Below, piece after piece: positions 8,011 through 15,595 of a stretch of DNA of 64,000 nucleotides. The first letter of the stretch is position 1. Each line of letters starts with the position of its first letter. A program made the position numbers and the translations under genes. Below the pieces are notes generated by a model. That model did no database searches, was not told the origin of the DNA, and was given only the letters and a program-made list of their open reading frames with translations. This DNA is from an uncultured Anaerolineaceae bacterium (lineage in GTDB: Bacteria > Chloroflexota > Anaerolineae > Anaerolineales > E44-bin32): the NCBI GenBank assembly GCA_964575425.1, contig CAZNRD010000001.1, positions 83,931-147,930 on the forward strand. The letters are read 5' to 3'.

Positions 8011-11000
8011 GCGGGGCCCACCGGCAGCCACACCGTGACCTTGGTCCCCTTGCCTGCCCCGGCCGCCAAGACAATCCGGCCTCCGTGACGCTCGACGATT
8101 TCCTTGCAGATGGCAAGGCCCAATCCGGTGCCGGGAATGCCGCTCGCCCGCCCTGCAATGCCGCGGAAGAAGCGGTCGAATACGCGCGGCCGCTCCTCTT
8201 CGGGGATGCCCGGCCCGGTGTCCGTGACCGAGAACGAAACCCAGCTCTGGCCGTTTGTCGTGCGCAGCTCCGTCTCAAGCGTGATCTTTCCCCCCGGGGG
8301 AGTGTAGTCCGTCGCGTTGTTGAGCAAGTTGGTCATCACACGCATCAACTGCTGCGGATCGACGGGGACCCGCGGCAGGTCGGGCGCCGTCTCCACGACC
8401 AGCTGCAGTTCCCTGCTGCCGATCAGTCGCGCGCGATCGCCCATCAGCACACGAATCAACGCGTTGATGTCCGTCATTTCCTTCTTCAATTCCACCTGGT
8501 CGGCATCGTACTCGGAAATGGCCAGAAGCTGCTCAATCAGCGAGCCCAGGCGCTCTGTCTCGCGCCGCAGGATCGACATGTACTCGCTGCGCCGGTCCTC
8601 GCGGCCCATCTCAAGCAGATCGAGATACAGGCCGATGTTGGTCATGGGGGTGCGCAGCTCGTGGGAAACGTCGGCGACAAACCGCGCCTTCGTGCGGTCG
8701 GCGGATTTCGCCTGCTCCAACGCCTCCGCCAGAAGCGCCGTGCGATCCTGCACCCGCGCCTCCAGTTCCTCCACGTTGCGCCGAACCTGCTCGTAGAGCG
8801 AGGCATTCTGCAGCGCCACGGACACCTGGTCCGCCAGTATCTGCAGCAGGTCCAGGTCCTCCTCCTGCATCTGGGAGGGGTCGGAGCTTTCGAGGTTGAT
8901 GACGCCGATCACCTCCCCGTCGAGGCGGATGGGGACGGCCATTTCTGCGCGCGTGCCGACAAGCCCGGCGACATAGTCCGGGTCCTTGCGCACGTCGCTG
9001 ACGAACGCGGGTTCGCCTGTCTGCATGACGCGACCCACGATTCCCCGATCCCACGGCAGGCGCTCGAGGAAAGGCCTGGGCCCCGCCAGCGCACGAATCA
9101 CCATATCCTGCCCCTGGCGCATCAGAACCTGCACGGACGGATAGCCGAGTTTCGAATGCAGGCTCTCGGTGAGGGTTGCCAGGACCGCATCCGTCTCGAG
9201 ACGCCGGGCGATGGCGCCCGCCATTTGCTGGATGAGGGTCATCTCCGCCAGGCGCCGCTGCACCCGGCCATGCTGCTCGGCGTTGAGAAGCGCCAATCCC
9301 GCTTGCTGCACGACTGCCGCCACAACCCCGAGAGGAGGCGAATCGCTGCCCTGCTGCCACGGGACCCACACCAGCGTCACACCCCACAGCCTCTCGCCGA
9401 GAAACACCGGCACACCCAGGACCCAGTAGGCCTTTTCTGCGTAGCCAACCAGCACTTGTTGCGGCGCCTGGAGCGCTGCCACCTCCGCAGCCAGGGACTC
9501 CGGCAGCGGAGGCCGCTCGGCCAGACCGGACTCTGCCCCCACCGTCAGTAGGCGGACGGCACGGGCCTCACCCTCGCCTTCACGGCGCAGGGCGTATACA
9601 CCCCCTAAGCTGGCTCCCAGCGCACTCACGACACCGTCCAGCAGGTTTGCCAGGATCTCCCCCACCTCGAGAGACGCCGACACGCGCTGCCCGATCTCGT
9701 ATACCTGTAGCAGCTTCACATGCTCGTCCGAGAGCTTCTGGTACAGCCGCGCATTGTGCATGGCGATGCCGGCATGAGCTGCGAATGCCTTGAGCCGTTC
9801 CGCCGTCTCCGCTCCGAAGGATTCGGGCGTGGCGCTGTCCAGGTTGAGGAAACCCAGGATCTTGTCACCGAATCGCACCGGCGCGCCGGCCCAGGATCGG
9901 ATCCACTCAAGACCAGGCAATACGTCCCACGTCGGATCCGCATCGGTGTCGCCAACGACGACCGCCTCCCCCGCCAGCATCCGGCGGTAGGTGGCGTGCT
10001 TCTCGACCGAGAACGCTCGCTTCTCGAGTTCCGCTTCCGTCAGGCCGAAACGCTCGTAGCCGCGGCCGCGCAGCGTCCGCCCCTGACCGTGCTCGTAGAG
10101 CTGCAGATTCGCCGCGTCGCACGGGATCGCCCGCGCCACCTGATCCAGGATCTTCTCCAGCACTTCATCCAGGCCAGCCACCTGGTTGATCGCCAGGGAG
10201 GCCTCCTGCAGCGCCTCGGCCATCTGCCGCTGCTGCCTCTCTGCTGCAAGCAGCCCTGCCACCCCTAACGCGCTTGCCGCTTGGTGCGCAACGAGGGTCG
10301 CCAGCCGCACGTCCGCTTGGGAATACGGCCGCCTCGTCCCATCGGCCCACAGGACCAGGACCCCCAGCAGATCCTGGCGCCACATGAGCGGAACGGCGAG
10401 GGCACGGATGGTCAGAGTTTCATCAACACTCAACTCCTCCAGCCGATGCGGCCACGCGGCGTAGTCCTCGACCAGCACAGGCAGACGCGACGCCGCGGCT
10501 ATTCCGGCCACCCCTTTCCCGAACGGAATCCCGCGCACCGCAATCTCACCCAGCCCCTCGCTCCGAATACCAGCCACCACCTTGAGCACCTCGCGGCAAG
10601 GATCTGCCGTGCAGATGATCCCACCCTGACTCTCGAGCAAGCGCGCGGCCTGCTCGATCATCCTTTCCATCAGCGGCCCGGTCTCGCGTCCTTCGGCCGT
10701 CGCGGTGACCGTCTCGTAGAAGGTCCCGAGCTCGACCGCCTGACGCAGGGCGGCCTCGAAGAGTCGGGCGTTATCCAGGGCCAACGCAGCTTGCCGGGCC
10801 ATCACGTCCAACCATGCCAGCGCGCTTTGCTCCGGTTCCCATCGCGTCACCGAGAGGAAGAAGAGCAGCCCCTGCAGGCGTCCGTGCGTGGCAAGCGGCA
10901 GGCTGAGGCACGACCGGTAGCCTGCCTCGCCCAACGGTCTCAACTCCGCCCTTGGCTCTTGGTCGAGGTTGTGCCACAGATGTTGCGAACGCTGCCCAAT

Positions 11001-11159
11001 CAAGGCGGAAGTCGCCAGCGCGGTGAAGGCCTGCTGGAGGAAGCGTGCCTTCTCCCCATCGACGCCATGGAAGACCACGCCCGCAGGTCGCTCGCGCTCG
11101 TCGAGAAGCACGGCTGCCGCGATCGGCAGCCCAAGGATAGAAGCGCCATGCCGCAACAC
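8007..11159 (-). CDS. Multi-GAF (about 5 repeats) sensor histidine kinase
   Basis: 1050 aa. Five GAF-like repeats each end in L.NARL(F/Y)E-type helices. H-box VSHELRTPMTNI. HATPase_c motifs (NLLNNATDYT, DTGPGIP, GTGLGLAICKEIV). 11159 is the first canonical start (GTG), but the true N-terminus probably lies upstream (see findings). Confidence 0.85.
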   Translation of the reverse strand: MLRHGASILGLPIAAAVLLDERERPAGVVFHGVDGEKARFLQQAFTALATSALIGQRSQHLWHNLDQEPRAELRPLGEAGYRSCLSLPLATHGRLQGLLFFLSVTRWEPEQSALAWLDVMARQAALALDNARLFEAALRQAVELGTFYETVTATAEGRETGPLMERMIEQAARLLESQGGIICTADPCREVLKVVAGIRSEGLGEIAVRGIPFGKGVAGIAAASRLPVLVEDYAAWPHRLEELSVDETLTIRALAVPLMWRQDLLGVLVLWADGTRRPYSQADVRLATLVAHQAASALGVAGLLAAERQQRQMAEALQEASLAINQVAGLDEVLEKILDQVARAIPCDAANLQLYEHGQGRTLRGRGYERFGLTEAELEKRAFSVEKHATYRRMLAGEAVVVGDTDADPTWDVLPGLEWIRSWAGAPVRFGDKILGFLNLDSATPESFGAETAERLKAFAAHAGIAMHNARLYQKLSDEHVKLLQVYEIGQRVSASLEVGEILANLLDGVVSALGASLGGVYALRREGEGEARAVRLLTVGAESGLAERPPLPESLAAEVAALQAPQQVLVGYAEKAYWVLGVPVFLGERLWGVTLVWVPWQQGSDSPPLGVVAAVVQQAGLALLNAEQHGRVQRRLAEMTLIQQMAGAIARRLETDAVLATLTESLHSKLGYPSVQVLMRQGQDMVIRALAGPRPFLERLPWDRGIVGRVMQTGEPAFVSDVRKDPDYVAGLVGTRAEMAVPIRLDGEVIGVINLESSDPSQMQEEDLDLLQILADQVSVALQNASLYEQVRRNVEELEARVQDRTALLAEALEQAKSADRTKARFVADVSHELRTPMTNIGLYLDLLEMGREDRRSEYMSILRRETERLGSLIEQLLAISEYDADQVELKKEMTDINALIRVLMGDRARLIGSRELQLVVETAPDLPRVPVDPQQLMRVMTNLLNNATDYTPPGGKITLETELRTTNGQSWVSFSVTDTGPGIPEEERPRVFDRFFRGIAGRASGIPGTGLGLAICKEIVERHGGRIVLAAGAGKGTKVTVWLPVGPA

Positions 11160-11313
11160 ACAGCGCAGGGCGAGGTCCGCGTCTTGGGTTTCGCTGAGTT
11201 CGGCCGAAAGGCGCTCGAAAACCCCAGCCAGGTCTGGGGCCGATCGAGCGGCAGCCGCCTGGCGGCTCTCCGGCTCAGTCGTGGGGGAGCGCTTCCTAGG
11301 TATCTTCCCACCC

Positions 11314-11337
11314 CCTCCTGCGGCGTGTGCGATTATA
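11314..11337 (-). promoter_or_regulatory. Putative -10 box (TATAAT, rc of 11332-11337) followed by the Shine-Dalgarno AGGAGG (rc of 11314-11319), upstream of the histidine kinase
   Basis: Minus strand reads GGCTGTATAATCGCACACGCCGCAGGAGGGGG. Confidence 0.35.
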
Positions 11338-11374
11338 CAGCCGTCCCCTGCCCCCTAAGGGCGGGAGACAGGGA

Positions 11375-11809
11375 CTACTTATTCCGCCGGTGCAATTCTC
11401 TTGCCCGCCAGGCATCCCACGCACCAGCCCAGGGCCTCTCCGGCGCCTTCCCGCGCTTCGGCTCAAGTCCGCCCAGATTCCCCGTGAACTTCCCCGCTGC
11501 TGTCCACGCGCCCGACCAATCCCTCCGGGCCAGGCAATCATCCAACTCCTGGTGGGCGGGCCCCAGCCAATCCCACTCCATGCGAAAGCGATCGGCCTTG
11601 ACCCAGTATCCGCGCCTCTCCCAGGCACCGGCCGTGGCCTCGACCGACTGCTGCAGCTTCTCCAGGGCAAGCGCCGCGAAGGCCAGCACATCGTGCTGCT
11701 CCGCCTCGTCCAGCCCAGGTCGGGCGGCCGCGCGCAGCGCGCCCACCATCGCCAGCAGCAGGTCGTCACGCAGCCGAGATGCTGGAACAGCCCGAGTCAC
11801 TCCGGACAT
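11375..11809 (-). CDS. Hypothetical protein (no recognised domain)
   Basis: The ORF track gives 11375..12229, but its 5' third is antisense to smpB. In-frame ATGs occur at 11884 and 11809. A TATAAT (rc of 11835-11840) lies between them, so 11809 is favoured. Trp/Arg-rich (WERRGYWVKADRFRMEWDWLGP). Confidence 0.5.
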   Translation of the reverse strand: MSGVTRAVPASRLRDDLLLAMVGALRAAARPGLDEAEQHDVLAFAALALEKLQQSVEATAGAWERRGYWVKADRFRMEWDWLGPAHQELDDCLARRDWSGAWTAAGKFTGNLGGLEPKRGKAPERPWAGAWDAWRARELHRRNK

Positions 11810-11883
11810 GTCGCCACCCGTTTGCACCGACTCGATTATAGACCCTGTCCAGCCATGCTCTTCGGAACCCAGCAGTAGACTCA

Positions 11884-11892
11884 TGCTACAAT
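11884..11892 (+). promoter_or_regulatory. Extended -10 box TGcTACAAT, putative smpB promoter
   Basis: Read directly from the sequence, 110 nt upstream of the smpB ATG. Divergent from the TATAAT at 11835-11840 on the minus strand. Confidence 0.35.
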
Positions 11893-12001
11893 GCCGCGGC
11901 GAGGCCAAGACAAGAGCATCCTGCAACCGAGAACTCGTGTCTGCCGTCCGCGTCCTGTGGGGAGCCGTCCCCGTACGCGGCAACCGCGAGGCGCTGATAC
12001 C

Positions 12002-12469
12002 ATGCCCTCCTCCGAGATCAAGGTCGTTGCCACCAACCGCAAGGCGGCCCACGACTACTTCCTCAGCGACCGAGTGGAGGCCGGCATCGCACTCCGAGGA
12101 AGCGAGATCAAGTCGGTGCGAGCCGGCCAGATCAGCCTGCGCGAGGCGTATGTGCGCACCGATGGCCGTGAGGCCTGGCTGGTCAACGCGCACATCGCCC
12201 CCTACGATCCAGCCAGTCGGCTGAATCATGACCCGCGCCGGGAGAGGAAGCTGCTGCTACACCGGCGCGAGATCCTGCGGCTGCATCAGGGCGTTCAGCA
12301 GCGCGGCTTCACCCTGGTCCCCACGCGTGTCTATCTCTCGCGCGGCAGGGCCAAAGTGGAAGTTGCGCTTGCCAAAGGGAAGAAGCTCTACGATAAGCGG
12401 CGCGACATCGCGAAGCGAGAGGCGGAGCGCGAACTGCGCCGTGCCCTGGGCAGAAAGGGCAAGACATGA
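12002..12469 (+). CDS. smpB: SsrA-binding protein SmpB
   Basis: 155 aa: MPSSEIKVVATNRKAAHDYF...GSEIKS...LLLHRREI. The internal ATG at 12002 gives the canonical length. The ORF track starts at 11891. Confidence 0.9.
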   Translation: MPSSEIKVVATNRKAAHDYFLSDRVEAGIALRGSEIKSVRAGQISLREAYVRTDGREAWLVNAHIAPYDPASRLNHDPRRERKLLLHRREILRLHQGVQQRGFTLVPTRVYLSRGRAKVEVALAKGKKLYDKRRDIAKREAERELRRALGRKGKT

Positions 12470-13251
12470 GCCCCTACTCCATCGCCGGAATCAACATGCT
12501 CCCCCAGGACGAGAAGCACGCGATCTATCGTCGCTTCATCCCACAGGAGGTGCTGGCGCGCTTCCACATCGCGGCCGACCTCACCGACGGCGAAGGCCGC
12601 AGCCTGGTGACTTTTCGCTGCAGCGAGGGCGCCACCGACGTCGTGGTCGACCTGCGGCACCGCTTCGACGCTCCCGATCCGCTGCTCTACGCGCACCTCA
12701 CCGACACCATAAACGGACAGGTCCACGTCCTGCTGTACATCGTCAACGACCCCGAGTCGCCTCGCTTCGACGTGGACCGCATGCCCGACGGGACGCCCAC
12801 GGAGTTCGGCACCTTCCGCCGCAATGTCGCAGCCGAGGAAGCCGCCATGGCGGCCGGGTTGGCGCCGGGGCAGGTCCGGCGCGGTCTGCGGATGCTACAC
12901 CATTCCATTGCAGCCTTCGAGGCGTTCGTCACCTCGCTGGGGCACGAGGTGTACTTCGTCGAGCCCCTGGCCTACCACAATGCCGTCGTCTTCGAGCGCT
13001 ACGGTTTCGCCTACCAGCAGGGCCGGCGGCCGATGGAGAGCATCGACGCTGGCTTTCGCCCCGGCGGAGAGCTGCTAGCCCATCTCGATGATTCCTCCCC
13101 CTTTCGCCGCCCCGGCATGGAATCGTCCATTCGCGGGCGCAGTTGGGCGCTACACGACGGCATCCTGGGCCGCCCCTTCACCGACGTCACCATGTACAAG
13201 CGCGTGGGGCAGCACGCGGGTATCAATACCTTCCCGGACGGCCAGTGGTGA
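12466..13251 (+). CDS. Conserved-looking hypothetical protein (261 aa), function unknown; C-terminal half vaguely GNAT-like
   Basis: ATGA overlap with the smpB stop (12466-12469). No long competing ORF. The segment VYFVEPLAYHNAVVFERYGFAY resembles the end of an acyltransferase fold. Confidence 0.65.
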   Translation: MSPYSIAGINMLPQDEKHAIYRRFIPQEVLARFHIAADLTDGEGRSLVTFRCSEGATDVVVDLRHRFDAPDPLLYAHLTDTINGQVHVLLYIVNDPESPRFDVDRMPDGTPTEFGTFRRNVAAEEAAMAAGLAPGQVRRGLRMLHHSIAAFEAFVTSLGHEVYFVEPLAYHNAVVFERYGFAYQQGRRPMESIDAGFRPGGELLAHLDDSSPFRRPGMESSIRGRSWALHDGILGRPFTDVTMYKRVGQHAGINTFPDGQW

Positions 13252-13357
13252 CGCGGGGCTCGGGATGGACAGGGCGGGTCGCACGCCGTTCGATTCGGCG
13301 GATGGGGTTCTGTGATTGGCTATGCGCAACATCGGTTTCACCCGGAAAGGCAAACCG

Positions 13358-13366
13358 TGCTATAAT
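13358..13366 (+). promoter_or_regulatory. Extended -10 box TGcTATAAT, putative ssrA promoter
   Basis: Lies 10 nt upstream of the tmRNA 5' GGGG. Confidence 0.45.
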
Positions 13367-13376
13367 ATGACGCAAC

Positions 13377-13773
13377 GGGGATGACAGGCTTCGACGGAAG
13401 AGGCTGACCCCGAACAGCAGGCCGAGAGGCGCCGACCTCGCAAAATCAGCGCAACCAACAAGTGCCAAGAGCACTCGCTACGCGGCTCTGCCGCTGGCGG
13501 CCTAACCCCGCCCAGCACGGAGCCCGGCCCTCCTGGTGAGGGCCCGCCTCCCTAGCCCCCCTCGACCGGCTCAGGGATCGGCGTCCAAAGGCCGAGGTGC
13601 CGCGCCGGAGACCACGGCCGGCGCGAAAGATGGGCTCTCGGGCCCGAGTGGCTGGCCAAGCGCAGTCCCCGTCGGTCGGGCGGCGCACGGCGAGACCCAG
13701 TAGGCCGACTAAGCCTGTAGACGTTCGCCGGTCGAATCTTTCGGACGCGGGTTCGATTCCCGCCATCTCCACC
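13377..13773 (+). ncRNA. ssrA: tmRNA (transfer-messenger RNA)
   Basis: 5' end GGGGATGACAGGCTTCGACGG. 3' tRNA-like end GGACGCGGGTTCGATTCCCGCCATCTCCACC. Internal tag reading frame ends ...SAKSTRYAALPLAA with TAA at 13503-13505. Adjacent to smpB. Confidence 0.9.
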
Positions 13774-13774
13774 T

Positions 13775-13792
13775 GGCGCCCGGACGGGCGCC
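13775..13792 (+). terminator. Hairpin GGCGCCC-GGAC-GGGCGCC directly after the tmRNA 3' end
   Basis: Perfect 7-bp GC stem followed by TTCACCTT (a weak U tract). Confidence 0.5.
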
Positions 13793-13814
13793 TTCACCTT
13801 CCTCCATCCAGCGC

Positions 13815-14483
13815 TCAACGCCGCCGCGGGTTGTTCAGCCGCAGGCCATGGCCGCGCACGGTCACAATGTAGGGCACTTCCGGGTCGGCCGTCGCCAGAC
13901 GATCGCGCAGCCGCCGCACCAGGGCGTCGATCGCCTGCTCGGACACGCCAACCCCCTTCGTCCCCGGCCACACATGATCAACAACCTGCTCGCGTGACAC
14001 AATGCGTCCCTGGTTCTGGAACAGCAGCTCCAACAAGCGATACTGCGGCGCAGACAGCGGCGGCTCAATTTCCACGCCGCCCACCCACACACGATGCGAC
14101 TGCGGATCCATCCTCAACCGACCGCCCTCCACCCCCCGTCCCGCAGTCTCCGCTAGCGGCACTGTGGCCTCCGTTCCCACAAACGCCAGTTCCAGCGCCA
14201 GGGCGATCTGAATGACGTCGCCGTCTTGCAGCGCAACAGGGCTCTCCACCGCTGCCCCGTTTACGTGCGTCCCATTCCGGCTGCCGAGGTCCTCGACGAC
14301 GAAACCGGTCGCTGTGCGCCGAATGCGCGCGTGATGTCGCGACACCTGGCGGTCTTCGACCACCAGATCGCAATCCGGGCCGCGCCCTATCAGGAACTCA
14401 TCCTTCTCGAGCGCCCAGCGCGCGCCGCTAAGCTTCGGCGTCAGCGCAATCAGGACCGGGGTCCCTTCGGGCAGGTTTGCCAT
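13815..14483 (-). CDS. FHA domain + OmpR/PhoB-type winged-helix DNA-binding protein
   Basis: 222 aa from the ATG at 14483, which has a GGGGAGGGA ribosome-binding site. FHA motifs: FLIGRGPDCDLVVEDRQVSRHHARI, DLGSRNGTHVNG. C-terminal Trans_reg_C-like region: LSAPQYRLLELLFQNQGRIVSREQV...TVRGHGLRL. Confidence 0.8.
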   Translation of the reverse strand: MANLPEGTPVLIALTPKLSGARWALEKDEFLIGRGPDCDLVVEDRQVSRHHARIRRTATGFVVEDLGSRNGTHVNGAAVESPVALQDGDVIQIALALELAFVGTEATVPLAETAGRGVEGGRLRMDPQSHRVWVGGVEIEPPLSAPQYRLLELLFQNQGRIVSREQVVDHVWPGTKGVGVSEQAIDALVRRLRDRLATADPEVPYIVTVRGHGLRLNNPRRR

Positions 14484-14522
14484 TGTGCTCCCTCCCCGAG
14501 TGGTTGGCGAGACGGGAGAGGG

Positions 14523-14528
14523 TATAAT
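14523..14528 (+). promoter_or_regulatory. TATAAT box upstream of the Ser/Thr kinase gene
   Basis: GAGGGTATAATGCG, 84 nt upstream of the ATG at 14612, in a 128-bp divergent intergenic region. Confidence 0.3.
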
Positions 14529-14611
14529 GCGATTGCGTCGGCAGTCTCTTGTGGTCCGGCGCCGGGCGCCCTCACGGCAAAGCCCCTTGGGCACCAGGAG
14601 ATCCCGCGACG

Positions 14612-15595
14612 ATGAACACACTCGCAGCCGACCAGGTGCTGCGCGATCGCTATATCATCCGCCGGATCATCGGCCGCGGCGGCATGGGCTCGATCTACCT
14701 CGCTGAAGACAGCCGCCTCCCCGGCCGCCTGTGCGCCGTCAAGGAGGTCCAGCCCGAGCCGGACCTCCCCGAATCGGTCCGCGCCCAGGGTCGCGAGCAG
14801 TTCTACCGCGAGGCCCAGGTCCTGGCCCGCCTCGATCATCCCAACCTGCCAAAAGTCTCCGACTTCTTCACCGAGGCCGAGCGAGACTACCTGGTCATGG
14901 ACTTCGTCCCAGGCGACGACCTGAAGAGCCTGATGGACCAGGCTCGCCGCGACGGACGTCTTCTGCCCCTCCCCGATGTGCTTCGCTGGGCACTGCAGCT
15001 GGCCGATGCCCTCGAGTACCTGCACAGCCAAGACCCTCCCGTCATCCACCGCGACATCAAGCCCAGCAACCTCAAGATCACCCCCAACGGTCTGCTCAAG
15101 CTCGTAGACTTCGGGCTTGTCAAGCAGATGGCGCCGGACGAAGTGACGGTGACCGTCATCCAGGGCCGCGGCACCGCCCAGTACACGCCCCTCGAACAGT
15201 ACGGCGGCGACACCGGCCATACCGACCCGCGATCGGACCTGTACGCGTTCGGCGCCACCCTTTACCATCTAGTAACCAACCAGCCCCCGCCCGAGGCCAA
15301 ACTGCGCTTCCTCGACCCAACCCTTCTGCGCTCGCCGCGCGAACTCAACCCCGACCTCAATCCCGGCCTTGAGCAGGCCATCCTGTGGGCCATGGCCCTC
15401 CACCCCGACGACCGTCCTCCAAACGTCGCTGCACTGCGCCCCGCTCTGCAGGGCGCTGCCACAACGTTGGCTATACGCAGCCGCCTCCGCCGGGCTGCGC
15501 CCCTAACCACCTGGCTGCCGACGCGCGCCGACCGCATCCTTGCAGCAGCAGCATCTGCCCTGCTCGTTCTAGCCGTCGTGATCACGCTCTTCTAG
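14612..15595 (+). CDS. Hanks-type Ser/Thr protein kinase with C-terminal transmembrane anchor
   Basis: GRGGMGSIYLAED...CAVKEV, HRDIKPSNLKI, DFGLVK. C-terminal hydrophobic helix ILAAAASALLVLAVVITLF. ATG at 14612 is preceded by AGGAG. Confidence 0.85.
   Translation: MNTLAADQVLRDRYIIRRIIGRGGMGSIYLAEDSRLPGRLCAVKEVQPEPDLPESVRAQGREQFYREAQVLARLDHPNLPKVSDFFTEAERDYLVMDFVPGDDLKSLMDQARRDGRLLPLPDVLRWALQLADALEYLHSQDPPVIHRDIKPSNLKITPNGLLKLVDFGLVKQMAPDEVTVTVIQGRGTAQYTPLEQYGGDTGHTDPRSDLYAFGATLYHLVTNQPPPEAKLRFLDPTLLRSPRELNPDLNPGLEQAILWAMALHPDDRPPNVAALRPALQGAATTLAIRSRLRRAAPLTTWLPTRADRILAAAASALLVLAVVITLF

Noticed and set aside
7854-9551. Long ORFs antisense to strongly recognisable genes. Examples: 7854-9551 (+), 10281-12224 (+), 16044-17996 (+), 23677-25008 (+), 26948-27916 (-), 42373-43920 (+), 44032-45264 (+), 51184-52488 (+), 55507-57105 (-), 62144-63334 (+).
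   Set aside because: Each lies opposite a gene with clear family motifs (kinase, GH3, recJ, glpK, surface protein, cydAB, rseP/HEAT, eno). Their translations are Arg/Pro/Gly/Ala-rich and low in complexity. They are typical stop-poor shadow frames of high-GC DNA.
13446-13971. ORFs overlapping the tmRNA gene (13446-13772 -, 13552-13971 -, 13597-13872 +).
   Set aside because: The region is fully accounted for by a canonical tmRNA (5' GGGG..., tag ORF, 3' tRNA-like domain) and the adjacent FHA-wHTH gene.
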